Shown piece after piece: positions 24,199 to 37,148 of a stretch of DNA of 64,000 nucleotides. The notes beneath the pieces were generated by a model. That model ran no database searches. It was not told the DNA's origin and saw only the letters and a program-made list of their open reading frames with translations. Source of the stretch: Utricularia gibba (taxonomy: Eukaryota > Plantae > Magnoliophyta); contig NEEC01000017.1 of NCBI GenBank assembly GCA_002189035.1, positions 1,612,001 through 1,676,000 of the forward strand. Reading direction: 5' to 3'. A program made the position numbers and the translations under genes. Numbering within the stretch: position 1 is the stretch's first letter; every line of letters begins with the position of its first letter.

Positions 24199-25743
24199 TC
24201 ACCATGAGCCCTCGGCACCCACTGTAGGATTTTGAAAAGCAGCAAAGCCCCAGAAAGTCTTCAGCGAGTACGGTTGAGATATGGTGACACCCTCCTCTGT
24301 TATCTTGGCAATCTGAAAGCATGAAAGGAGACACCGAGCATCATCAGAAATTAAGTCCAAGGTGAAAAGACCCCTAAATCCGACCAATATTGATGAATGG
24401 TTCTGATGCACCAGTATACAAAGGCCGGCGTTCTTAAAGGATGAATGCATGCTGTCAAGTACAATCATAAAATACAGCCATAGGGAAGGCTACAGACCTG
24501 CAATTTGTTAACAGCTGATCTATCACGATACAGAAGCACGCGCATGCACTTCTCAAGCAATTTTACACCTTCCTCAAAAGTTAAGTCTTCATGCCATTCA
24601 TCGCGTAAAATTGGCCGCGCCAGGTGATTTCCGAACCCAGTGGCCACATGACTGTCTTCATAATGCACACCGATCATGCTCACCTGTGATTGCAGAAGAA
24701 ATGGAATCACACACAAGAATAACTTGGCTACAGCTCAAACAGTGAAGGGCATGTGTAAAAGAACACAGAACTCATACAAGTGTATACCGTTCCAAGATAC
24801 TTCTCCCCATTCTGAACTCCCCCAATCACGAGCGAATTCCACAAGGGATTGAACTTGTTGCGACGGTTGTACATAACGCGAGTCAGATAGTTATGCACCC
24901 CTTGGGGCCCAAAGAGTTGTCATCATCCCACATGTTATCATACATTCTGCATAAACGACGTATATTACATTTTTTAACACATGAAACAGAAGAAAGTATA
25001 GCATGATTCTCGTCCATGTTCACGTACACAAGCTCGTCTAGATATCTCATTATCTCCTGAAAATCACTGATCTCACCACTAGCACCAATGATTGAATGCT
25101 TTCCTACCAACTTCAATCGTTCCACAGACTTGTATCGAAGGGTAGACCCGTATGAACCTATTGAAAGGATGCATTAAACTAACCCCACAAAGTGGATGGC
25201 TTAGCTGAAGCACCAGGTATCTTCAAACTAGATCAAAATCGGGTTGTTTTTCTTTTCTTTTTTTTTTAAAGGTAAACCACCCAGCTTAACATCAGAATAG
25301 CAAGCATTCAGGGCACTACAATTTTCAATGGCACCTCAAACTTAAATCGGAAAACGAGTCAGAAGAATTGCAAACCTCCCATATCGGCAGCCAACAGAAT
25401 TCCATCTTTGTATTTGATACCAACAACAGACGTCCCAGTCACGTACGGAACCCTGGAAGACAGAAACAAAGACGACTTATTGATTACCCATTGATGATAC
25501 TCAATCAATAATAACACGAATCAGTTTAGGGGTTTGAATTTGAATTTGAATCAAGGAAGAAAACTTACAAAGTTCTCTGAGAATCAGCTTCAGAACCCAG
25601 CAAATTACACATTCCCGAAACAGAATCAGCCGACTTCAACATAAAAAAATGTTCCGGAAAACACACCAAAAACCACTTCAAATAATTTTGATGATCCCCA
25701 ATGCACTTTCCATTCAGAAAAGAAATGCGATACTCACCTTCAT
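24199..25743 (-). CDS. PBG1: 20S proteasome subunit beta-7 (beta type-4); 1-nt frameshift at 24898-24901 as assembled
   Basis: MK|SADS...SQRTL|...YVTGTSVVGIKYKDGILLAADM...GASGEISDFQ...HNYLTRVMYNRRNKFNPLWN...ATGFGNHLARPILR...GAEGSW*. Confidence 0.93.
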
Positions 25744-25843
25744 CTCCGTGATTTCTACAAGAAATCAAGAGAAAATCTATGCGCCTTGGTTGTGTGAAAG
25801 GTAACATGAACACACAGAGCCCTTCCATACATGTATATATAGT

Positions 25844-26012
25844 CTGGGCCGTTATAGCAAAATGGACCTACGCTCAGTAGAGGCCTGACGGCACAGGCCA
25901 GAGCAACCAGGAGCGACAATTCAGATAATCGAATCGCTTATCTCATGAATAAAAGCCCATCATGAACCATGGGCCTCACTAAGTCTCTGCCGTAGGCCCA
26001 AATAAAAGCCCA
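25844..26012 (-). promoter_or_regulatory. Site II (TGGGCY) element cluster in the PBG1 proximal promoter
   Basis: About five TGGGCC/AGCCCA/GGCCCA motifs 100-270 bp upstream of the ATG. Confidence 0.55.
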
Positions 26013-27526
26013 AATCCATTCAATCATGATGAAATAGTTGAATCCAGTTTAATAATGAATATCGAATAAATCCCTTTTTCTTACAGGGAAAAAAAAAAAA
26101 AAAGAAAGAAAACATTGGCACGTGGGTCAGTTTTGAGAAGGCAACAAAAACCTAAGACTGGGTACCTAATGGCGTCGAGTATGCAAAAGAGACAATCAAG
26201 CGCATGTGGGCATGTGATGTGGATCCCCTCCTGCCGGGATAAGGACCAGCTGTGGGCACATCCTTACCCAAATCAGTTCCCCCCTTGCACCAACCAGTTC
26301 GTGAGGTTTTTTTGTGTATACTGTGTTGAAATAATGGTATTAGTAAAGGATTGGTTATCCCACATTGTTAGTTGAAATAATTTTTAATTAATTTATATAA
26401 GATATCAATCCATTAATTTTCATGTATTTGAGATTGAGTTAAACTTTATGCATATATAGTGTTTTAATTTAGTTTTTAAATAGTACATGATTGAGGTTTT
26501 TGATCTTTTCTTCTTATTCGTGTTCGATTTCCAACATTACGACCAGCCTCGCCTCTTGCTCCATCATGAACCAGTCGGAGGGTCGTGATCCGAGGATCCG
26601 CAGCAGATTTCCGGACAACGTCGATGTGCATGCCTCCAGTTTGTCCTCCATCATCATACTACTTCTGTTTTGTTTCTAAACGCTTGTCCGAATCCCTTTT
26701 GTAATACTTAGATAAGGAAACATAGGCCCAAAAAAGAAACATGTAAAAACTGCCATCCAAACATTGAAAAAGGTCATGCCTATGCCTAAACTCCCCCCAA
26801 ACTGAAATTTCAGTATCAAGATTTGAATTCCCATGAAATTATTTTCATGTTTTTTACTGATCACCAAATATCGAAATTTAGATTTAAGATGATAGATTGT
26901 ATTTGAATTCGATTTATCATTAAGAAGAATAAAATCCGAAAAATACCACACTTATATATGTACTATTACAATTACAAATAATAATTAATTCGATATAACT
27001 AAAAAAAAGTTAAATTTTAAGGGAAAGAAATCTTGACGTCGGCTACTAGGGTTTAGTCGATGGACGCGTTCCAAAGGTTGGTGAGGCGCGCGTCACATCC
27101 GTTAGGAGTCTAAGTATCTCACAATTTGGCTACAAAATACCAAAATGCAATAATTGTGGGAGATGATTGACATCAACAAATTATTACAAAAGGGATGGTA
27201 ACATGTTTGGAAGGGTCTATTATAATATGGGTATATCTCTTTTACTGTGTAATAAAATTGATTATCTTCAATTAAAAAATTCTAACTGAATGTGTGAAAT
27301 AGAATATGAGAATGGCCATATTTGTAAATGATTATTTTTGAAAACGCATATCCAATTCTTTAATGTGGGATTCCAAATATGTCGTTTAATTTTAAATATT
27401 GGAAATACACGTGAAAATTAGTGGGTTAATTAATATAGCAAGTTTTTACTGTACAAATTGGGCTCTCTTGGTATGGAATTGAAGTAAAACAAAAAGGGAA
27501 GGGCGTTTTGGGAAGAGAGGAAGAAG

Positions 27527-28846
27527 TCATTGGTCTCCCGGGCAGCTGCTGCAATTTTCGCCTTGCCAACTCCAGACGATCTCCTTGAGGGTGGGGCGCG
27601 CCTCCTCACAGAAGCGCCGGTATTCCAGGGTGTCGCCGGCGGATTTGGAGAACTCGACGACGGCAACCTCAGGCGCTACTTCGAACACCTCGGCGGTCAC
27701 CCCGAGTCTTCCTTTACGGCCCTCGGATGTCCCCTGCATCCTGAGTTTGTAGTCTTTGGTGGACACCGTTTTGAACTTGAGAGTTTTGGCTAGTAGCTCT
27801 AGCTTCCGCATCACTGTGGCGGCGGAGCATTTGGCTGTGAAAAGGGACCCCGATTTCTGCCGGCTCTCGAATAAGCTGGAGAGGTCGAAGCCGGAGGACA
27901 TGGAGGAGATGAATTCGAAGGCGTTGTAGAAGGGAGGTGCTGCTATGGAATCGGAGACGACGGTGTCGTTGTCGACTGGTTCTGGGATCGAGAACTCCTG
28001 GGGGCGATTGAAATTCCGGTAGAACCAGGGGGTTCTCATGATTGCCGGAATCGTAATCCGCCGCGCCGTGTCCGGGACTAGCATCCGCGAAATAAGCTTC
28101 TTGGCTTCACTCGAAAACCAGTGCGGGAACTCGAATTGAGCCTTGAAAATCTTGGTGTACATTTTGATCAAATTCTCTTCCTGGAAGGGGAGATACCCTG
28201 CCAGAAGCACGTACAAGATTACCCCACAGGACCAAATATCCGCCTTTGCACCGTCGTACCCTTTCTTCCGAAGAACCTCCGGCGCGACGTACGCCGGGGT
28301 TCCACACTGGGTATGCAAAAGCCCGTCGTTACGGAGCTGCTCCGGCAACGCCGACAACCCGAAATCGGAAATCTTCAAATTCCCATCCTCATCAAGTAAC
28401 AGATTCTCCAGTTTCAGATCGCGATGAGAAACCCCACGGCTGTGACAGAAATCAACGGCGCTAATCAACTGCTGAAAATACTTCCTCGCGGAATCCTCCT
28501 TCAATCTTCCCCTGGCAATTTTCCCCAACAGATCTCCCCCCTTCACATACTCCATCACGAAGAACACCTTCCGCTTCGTCGCCATAACCTCCTTGATTTC
28601 AACGACGTTCGGGTGCCGGACGAGGCGCATAACTGAAATTTCCCGGCTGATTTGGTCGATTAACCCCTCTTTCTTGACATGATCCTTGCAGATGACTTTG
28701 ATGGCGACGCTTTCGTTGGTCAGTAGATTCCGCCCGTAGTAGACCTTGGCGAAGGTTCCTTGTCCCAGAAGACGGCCCATCTCGTACTTCCCAAAGAGTG
28801 TACTCCGGCAGGCGGCGCCGCCGGTAGCTTGAATGGGATCCTCCAT
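27527..28846 (-). CDS. CBL-interacting protein kinase (SnRK3, CIPK5/25-like), intronless
   Basis: 439 aa with [32 protein letters not shown] and NAF motif [21 protein letters not shown]. Confidence 0.95.
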   Translation of the reverse strand: MEDPIQATGGAACRSTLFGKYEMGRLLGQGTFAKVYYGRNLLTNESVAIKVICKDHVKKEGLIDQISREISVMRLVRHPNVVEIKEVMATKRKVFFVMEYVKGGDLLGKIARGRLKEDSARKYFQQLISAVDFCHSRGVSHRDLKLENLLLDEDGNLKISDFGLSALPEQLRNDGLLHTQCGTPAYVAPEVLRKKGYDGAKADIWSCGVILYVLLAGYLPFQEENLIKMYTKIFKAQFEFPHWFSSEAKKLISRMLVPDTARRITIPAIMRTPWFYRNFNRPQEFSIPEPVDNDTVVSDSIAAPPFYNAFEFISSMSSGFDLSSLFESRQKSGSLFTAKCSAATVMRKLELLAKTLKFKTVSTKDYKLRMQGTSEGRKGRLGVTAEVFEVAPEVAVVEFSKSAGDTLEYRRFCEEARPTLKEIVWSWQGENCSSCPGDQ

Positions 28847-31403
28847 AAAAGCAGTGATTCAGAGAAGTTTGGAATTATCGGAGAAGTCGTGAAATGGGTT
28901 TTAAAGGTACTCCGGCGTCTGCATTTCTGTGAGCGAGGAGCTGCAGTTTTGAAGCCTGTCGAATCGGTAGGTTTCTGTGTGTTTCTCTCAAATGTGAAAC
29001 CGCCCTGCCCCCTCCCTCTCTCTCTTTATCGACATCGCTTTTTTTTTTTTGTTTCCTTTTCCCATTTATTAATTAAATATTCGTATTACATGATTGGGCC
29101 ATACCAAATTGGCATCGCAATAATGTGAATAAAATAATATTTGTTATCCTTCGGGGTAACAAAAGTGAATTTCATGTTATTAAAGGACTGAAATGGGATT
29201 TTTTCAAAATGCATAATAATATTAATATATAATATTGGAAAAACAATTATATTATTAGATTTTATTTTGACATGGTGTTGCTTCCCTTCAACTTCAAGTT
29301 ATTCCGGAAGCATCCGGACGGAAATAGAAATAAAAACCGCCAGCAACAGAGAAACGACAACCAATTTTTCAGTATGTAATTATTCGCAATTTTGGATTAA
29401 TTATTTAATTATAATATTCTAATATTAATAATAAATTATTAATATAATCAACGGACACCCTCATTGGGACAAAATTGGGGTGCCAGCTAACCCTAGAAAG
29501 AACATTGGATGGAGTACAGTTGCACGCAATTTGATTTGCCTGGTCCTTCCTAATGGGGCCTGAAATAGGTTTATTATTTTGTAAAAATCAATATGTATTA
29601 ATATAATTATTGTTAATTAATTCATATACCATTTTAAATTATTAAATTTCCACACTATGACCAATCACAGCTTGTGTTCCAAACAATATGAAAACCAAGA
29701 CAAGGGTTCAGGGTGTGAAGAGGGAGGGGTTATATATCACATACATAGCATCAATTATGAGATATGAGTGTAAAAAAAAGAAGATTAAATTTCATATATC
29801 ACAATGAGTTGATAACATATTATCAACTGCAAAAAAAATTGAATAAATGAAAGATGATCAAATTTTATTATGTGAGAATAATGTAAAAGATGCCAGGAAT
29901 CAATTTGTTATGCTATAGTCAAATGCAAGAAGATAGAGAAATTTTGGAATCATTTGGAAAAATAGTGTGGTAGAAGAAATGGATCACAACCTCTACATAA
30001 GGAATATCATCAACAATCAAAAGGGTTATGAAATTTATATCATATGCTGTATTTTGAGTTATTTGAAATCGAAAAAATATCAAAGTTGAATATTTATTAT
30101 CAAATTTATTGAAGAAAACACAATTTATAAAACTATTAATGACTACAGACCAAAGTCATCACAATATTTAATTATTTAAACGGATACAAATTGAAAATTC
30201 GTTCATTGAATGATTTAAACAATTATATAAAATAAATATTATTTAAATGTTAGAGAAGGGAAGGAGTATTTATCAAGGGCGGTGATCCGCACCGTAAGCT
30301 TCTGTGTGGGGAAGGTTTGTGTCAAATGGGCCCACCTTTCTCGTGGGCTGGCCGCTTAAACAACGACGCATTAGTATAATAACATCCCTCAAAACCTTTA
30401 ATCGTCATGTTATTCTTCAACTTCCAATTAACCTTGAAATCTTTTCGCTTCCATTTCCAATCAAAAACCTAAATTGTTCCGTTGACTCTTTGGTAATTTT
30501 ACACAACCACGGGGGCTTCCTTCTTACAAGTTGGGGGTTCGGACAAGGACGCTGCATTCCGTGGCGGAGGCAGATCCTGCGCATGGTGTGGGTCTCGGGT
30601 AGCTTCTCGCCACAGGGAACTTTTCTTTTTTTCTGCAATGGCGAGGCTCCCGTCACAAGGAAGAAGAGAAGAATCGTGATTTTTTGGGGGAGGGAGGGGC
30701 CCACCTGAACGAGTGGCCAAGATTGTGTTGTGTCCGATCCTGCGATCTGCAGTGTGTGGGTGTTTTCTTGACAAATATCGCACACACCTTCAAATTCAAC
30801 TCAAACCAATGGTTCAGGTTTAACCTCTATTTTAGTGTAGCTTATTTAAAATTAAAATTAAAATTTTTTAGTTTTTAAAATGATATATTATTCATATTTG
30901 ATAAATAAAAAACTGTTTTTTGGAATATTTTTTTGAAAAGCAGAAGGTGTTCTGAAGGGTATAATTATGTACGAATCCGAATATTCTTTGATATATCATT
31001 TTTAATTAATATTAGTTCTATTATATGATGAGGATGGTCGCAACAAATCCACCGTTGGATCCTGGGCCCGCATTGTATCTTTATAACGAACGATATGCGT
31101 ACACGTGTAAAAGTTCACGGGGGGATGAATGGGACACGGAGAGAGATGCCATTGCCGACGGGTGGGTGGAGACCCCCACCGTGGCGTAATATTTAGAAAA
31201 AAAAAACATTTTTTTTTTTCAAATCAAAATCAATTGAGAGATGCCGAAAGCACCGGAATGGGGAAGAGGTCAAGGAGCCAATCGCGTTTCATGGAAACTC
31301 GTTGGAAGGTATTTTGAATGATCTGAGTCAGAGTTTTCTTTGCAGATTCATTCATACACGGCGTACCGTACGGTTGCAGAGCTCGCCATGGGATTTCAAC
31401 TGC

Positions 31404-34400
31404 TCAGCCCATGGATGATCCATCATCGTCATCATCATCGATTTCGTCTGGGACGTGCAATTTCTCAATGGCCGCCTGTGGAGGAGGTTCATTTCAACAA
31501 GCATGCGATAATGAGTTGACAGGGGAGGCCGTAAGTGAATTTAGGGCACCTTGATTGTAGCGACGTCGGCTGCCGACGGTTTAAGGTCTAGGGCGAGTCC
31601 GAAATGGAGCATGGCCTGGTCGAATATGTTTTGCCGCCGGTAAATGCTGCCCATTAGTGCATAAACGCTGCTCTCACAAGGGGCGCATTCTTTCAGCTCC
31701 TCAAGAACTGACAAAGCGCCGTCGAGATCGTCCATGCTCACAAGGATGTTGGCCTTTTGGTAGAGAGGGAGAGGGTTCTTTCTATCGGCCAGAACCGCTC
31801 TGTCCATCATTTCGAGGGCTTCACCATTTCTCTGTCAGGAGGAGAGGAATGAACAAACGATGATGTGGAAGGTGGTAGGTGCTCAATGGCAATGAAATAG
31901 ACTGAACCTTGAGGGCGTGCAGTGCAATCCCAAGATAGGACATTATGACTGAGGAAAGGGAATTGATTTGGAACGCCATACGGAAGTGATGCTCTGAGAA
32001 TTCAAACTTTTCCTGTCTCAGGTATATCATTCCAAGCCCATACCAAGCATTGTAGTGTCTGGGGTCTATCCTCAGCGCACCCTGGTAGCATTTGATGCCG
32101 TTTTCGTAATCCTCCAGGGCTACATATCTGCAAACAAGAACATTTTCTCTGGAAATCAAAATATGCTGCATTAAACATGAGGATCAGAGAGAGTGAGCAA
32201 AAAAGGATTCCATACTCATGACCACAAAGAGTGTGGGCATATGCAAATCTTGAATTTAACTGCACGGCTCGATGGAAGTTCTTAAGAGCGGATTCATGGT
32301 CCTTCTGTAAGCTGTAACAGTTCCCCATGGCACACCTGTTACAAGACAATGGCTGAGGGGGAAGGCACATTCAGAGGGAATCATTTTGAACACATGCAGT
32401 TGATGATTGGACGTTGGATTTTTTCAAGATATTGGAAGAAAACCATCAAGATTTGAAAAATGATGACAAAGTAAAATAAATCTGCAGTAACATACCATGC
32501 TTGGGAGGCCAGTCGGTCGGTAGATACCAGCTCCTGAGCCAAGTAACTCAACTTCATAGATTCCTTCAAGTGCTAATTTCAAATACCGATTTTAATATGA
32601 AGTTGAGATGCATAACAATACAATAGCACTAGTGGGGATGATTATGAAGGTTAAAAAACTCACATACAAAACAGTTGAATATATGTCCATCCCCTCCAAA
32701 AAATATGGGTATGCAATGCGAGCAAGACTGAAGATACGATCGGCTTCATGATAATCAACCATCTCAAAGAATGCCTTACCAACCTATCTTGCAGCGACGC
32801 ATGTATTGTGTCAGCCCGTGTTATACAGCACATTAGAATATGAATTATATCATGTATCAGGCATCTTTACAGGAAACGAAAAAGAAGGAACCAGAAGGAG
32901 ACAACGGACTCTACCTGAGAAAGAACCCATCCTGTGTTATAATGCTTCAGCGGCAGTTTAGAGAAGGTATCCAGAGCATCCTATCTCATCACAAACTCAA
33001 ATGAAAAGAATAAGCAATCAGATATTTATTTTTTCTTTTAAACACAGAAAACTACCTGGCATCGGCAAAGGCATGAAAGCCTAAAGCCTTCACCAATTAG
33101 TCTCAATAGAGCCAATATATCAGTTGCACCATCAAGGATTCTTGAGCTGCTGAGGCGAGCAGTTCCAGAAGGTCGTGCCACCCCTTCAGGTTCATTAGTC
33201 CTATTACTGCAGCAGGGAGATGAGCTTGAAGCAGTGATATTTAATCTAGAATCATCACTTTGATCACGGGTTCCTATAAGAAATAATAGAAAAATGAGTG
33301 CTCAGTAGCCAGTGGTGCATAAAAATATCCAAGGGGAAGCATATGATTGAGAGCTTCCATGATGGCTATGAGAAACTACAATTTCTGGTAGAGAAGAAAT
33401 CCGACAACGAAAAAATACCTTCTTCTACACTTTCACATGTCCATGACTGTCCCTTCCGAGTAGTCAAGGAACGGGAAGTTATAGAACTAAACTTAGAAGC
33501 TCCAATGTATTTAGAAGATGTCCCATTGCCTGAAAGCATGGATGAATTTGTAATAGCAGATTCTCCAGCAAGCCTTATGCTTCGCCGCTGCCCGGAATCA
33601 GAAAATAGCCTCTCAGATACCTAATTAATGTTCAAGAAATCTGTCAGAAGCCCTACACACAAGCGAATAAAATATAACGATCAAAAATTTATTCAGCAAA
33701 GTCGACGAAGATAAATATCAAAACAAAGAACTAAAAGAAGAGATTATAAGGACACTATCAACTTACACTCATTATAAAAATCAAAGGAAAAACTGAAAGT
33801 TCAAAAGACCAAAAAATGCTGGAGTAAGTAAACCAGAAGAATGCTAATTCAATATCACATTCTTAAAAGCACAAATTTTCACCGGGTATATTAGAGAAAA
33901 CAAAGTATTGGGAATAAAATCTAGCCTGCTGAAAACAAATAACTTTTAAAGTTTTAACCTTTCTTAATTTTCCTTCATCAACAAATTTTCTTCTAGGGCC
34001 TTGATTGCTAGAATTTGGCATTCGAGGGGAATTATCAGCCCCAAATACCCTACTACATTGACCATTCAGGTTTCCATTTCTGTATAGTGGTGGTGGGGCG
34101 ACCCCAGAAACCTGCACAACACAATACATAAATCAGAAACTCGAGAATACACTAATAATGGACGTGCTGGAAGAGAAAGGCGGGAAGTGGCCACCAGATG
34201 ATGAACCATAATGAGTTTTAGATATGAAGCAACTTCCATCTACTTTATCATCCTCGTGAATAACTAAATTAAACTGCTTACGAAAGCAATATCAAAGTTG
34301 ATACTATATAGAAAAATTCAGTAAAGAATTTCTTTTTCATTGGAAAAAAAAAGACTAAAAGCAAAAAATATGATTTCAAGTTTAACTATCCCAATTTCAT

Positions 34401-36305
34401 GGTTACAACCGACAGAATAGACAGTTGCATGCAGCAAATCATCATACCTGTGCTTGACCAACCATAGGCGAAGGAGTGCTATACATTGGCACACTAGAAG
34501 GGGCACCAGAAAAAGGCTGGCTTGAAGTTACTAATGGATACTTCCCAGATACATCACGTTGGTTATTTACGTTCATTTGGTTCAATTTCCCAGGACTAAA
34601 GTCTTCAGTACATATAACTGTGTTGGATGAAAATCCATGATCATCATTTGAGGTCTGCGAACTCTGGGAAGCCAATTCATGATTTGCATATCTTTTTTGA
34701 ATGCTCAATGCAGAAGCTTCATCAAATACTGATGTCGCTTCTTCAGCAGAACCTAATATACAAAGCTCCTCATAAGCAGCCCATAGCAATGGATCAAATG
34801 ATAAGGCTTGACTGAAATGATAGATAGCGTTCTGCCTTCTGTCCGTATACCTGGAATCATGCTCATACCATATATAAATAGTCAATGCATTGAACGAAGC
34901 TGCTATGAGAAACAACAAAATTGCTACTTCAAAACAAGTATCAAAGCATTCCTCTATGTAACATAATATGGATACAAACTGGAAAGCACTGAGATCACTT
35001 CAAATTTCTTAATTATAACAATCTTGCTTAAAAAAAGTTTCAAGCACTTTTTGAGAGTGCTTAAACTCTGATTATGTTTAGAGAGCTCCAATTTCTACGA
35101 AAATAAAAATTATAGCATGTTAATAACCTATATACAAGCCCAAGAAGGTAGTGCCCAGCAGCTCCATTTGGAACCTGAAAAGAGAAAACTAACTGAAGAT
35201 GAGTTTATGTCAACAAATCTGGTTAGAAGCTGGTGTAATTCATATGAAAATTTAATCAAATTCCTCATAGAAATAAATAGACATTACAATATTGCACAGA
35301 ATGAGGCTACCTCAGCAGAAGAATCATTTGGGGTAAGCGCTGCTTCTGCTTCGTTCAATAAATCCATCTGAAAGCATGAGAGAGCAAAAAAGTACCGACA
35401 TTGCGCCATTTTTGTTCCTTCAAATACAAATTTCAAACATTTCAAAATACTTTTGTGGAATCATAAAAATGGAAATCAAATAAGGTGGGTAGAAGCTTAA
35501 ATAATAATGAAAATTGACTACACAAAGAGCATAACAAAGGTTAGCATACCCTTTAAAATGTGATAAGCGGAATATGCCTGATTGTTACGCAAGTAACAGG
35601 TGGCAAGAAGAAGCAAGTTACTCTGCACAAAAAGGTATAGAAGAAAAAAAAAAGATAAGCGAAACTGATGATACATAAACAGGGAATGGCACCTGAAGAT
35701 TCTGAACTATATCATAATACATGCCAAGTTTAAACCATCTCAAAGTTTATAACTACTGTAAATGTAAAAATCTATAAAATAAAAGAAAAGCGTGAGCTGG
35801 AACCCTAGGTGATTCCAATCTTGGCTCAAATAAAAAAATAAGCTTTCCCAAAAAAGCTTTCATCTTACAGATTTTAAAAAGGCCAAAACATAACCTTGAA
35901 TGAGCAATGGCAGGTAAAGATAAAGGTAGCATGCAATAATTCTGTGAAGTATCAAATTACGAGCACCGGGAATATGAACCCAACCATTCTCCTAGGTGTA
36001 CTTATTGCCGGAGGTAAATTTAACAAGACTTCATTAATTTGGCTCAGTCTTAGTTACATGCTCGAACCCCAAATTGTTGGAAGTTTAAGCGAGTGCTGAA
36101 CTTCAGAATCAACTACCGGTAAAGAAAAAGATGCCCAAAGTTACAGTTCAACTCATTAAGCCAGTTTCGGAACAAATGTGCAACCACAACCATTACTAAC
36201 CTCGGAAGGAAACTCAGCACAAAGACGCTCGCACATGAAAATGGCATTTCGATACATTAGATGCTCCAGGCTGCTCCGAACGGAATCTACAAGTATTGCC
36301 TCCAT
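31404..36305 (-). CDS. CDC27B: Anaphase-promoting complex subunit APC3/CDC27 (HOBBIT/CDC27B-like), multi-exon
   Basis: MEAILVDSVRSSLEHLMYRNAIFMCERLCAEFPSE...TPR exons (WCAMGNCYSLQKDHESAL, YNAWYGLGMIYLRQEK)...AAIEKLHVPDEIDD. The exon phases checked were consistent. Confidence 0.94.
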
Positions 36306-36919
36306 GTTCACAGTGCATAAAAAACACGTGCTGGGCTTCCCGCAGCCAGTATCCACAAATATGAAAACACCCTCTTCGTATTAGGCGTAATGCAGTAGCA
36401 AAACGAAACAAGACGAGAAGGCAAAAGTGGTTCTTCCAATATCAAATTGCGAAGAAAAAAGATACGCCTGAATGAAGAACCGGCAAAGCAATCTAGCAAC
36501 TAAGCACTACAAATCCTACAAGCAACTCCCAGAATCCCCAACAAAACCTAATCCGCACAAATTTTCAAAAGGGAATCTTGTCTCCATTTCCTCCCAACGG
36601 CACACAGACGCAATGTTATTCTCAAATACCTCTTATTTTTCCATGTTCCCGAAATTACATTTCGTCCTTCATTTTCTGAAACCTTCCACCTTTACCCCAT
36701 CAAATATTTAAAATTACGAATCCACCACTAAGTTTTTTTCAAACCCCGCATTTCCGCAATTTATTTCGGATTCCGGTTTTTGAGTTCTGATTCTAAACTC
36801 GTTCACTTCATTTTTCTGAGCTTCTCATTCATCATATCTCCTCCCAGTTCAGATCATAAAAAGGGAAAACCAGTTTCCAATCCCTAGCAATTTGAACACA
36901 AAAAGGCCAATTACACGAG

Positions 36920-37148
36920 TGGGCTGAACCAATTAACGGATTGGGATGGACCGCTAGGATTTTGTGGGCCGGGCTGATTACATCCGTTGGGCTTGAGGAT
37001 GAAGAGTGAATGGGCTGAGCCATGAATGATTTGTGTGCTGGTTTCATTAAAAGGGCTGGCCCATGAATAATTAGTGTACTGGGGTAGATGACTGAGTGGG
37101 CTGGGTCAGTAAGATGGGATGTGTTGGGCCAATTAGATGAGTTGGGCT
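36920..37148 (-). promoter_or_regulatory. Dense site II (TGGGCY) array upstream of CDC27B
   Basis: Eight TGGGCY/RGCCCA copies (36920, 36965, 36988, 37011, 37058, 37097, 37125, 37143) in 230 bp. Confidence 0.6.
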
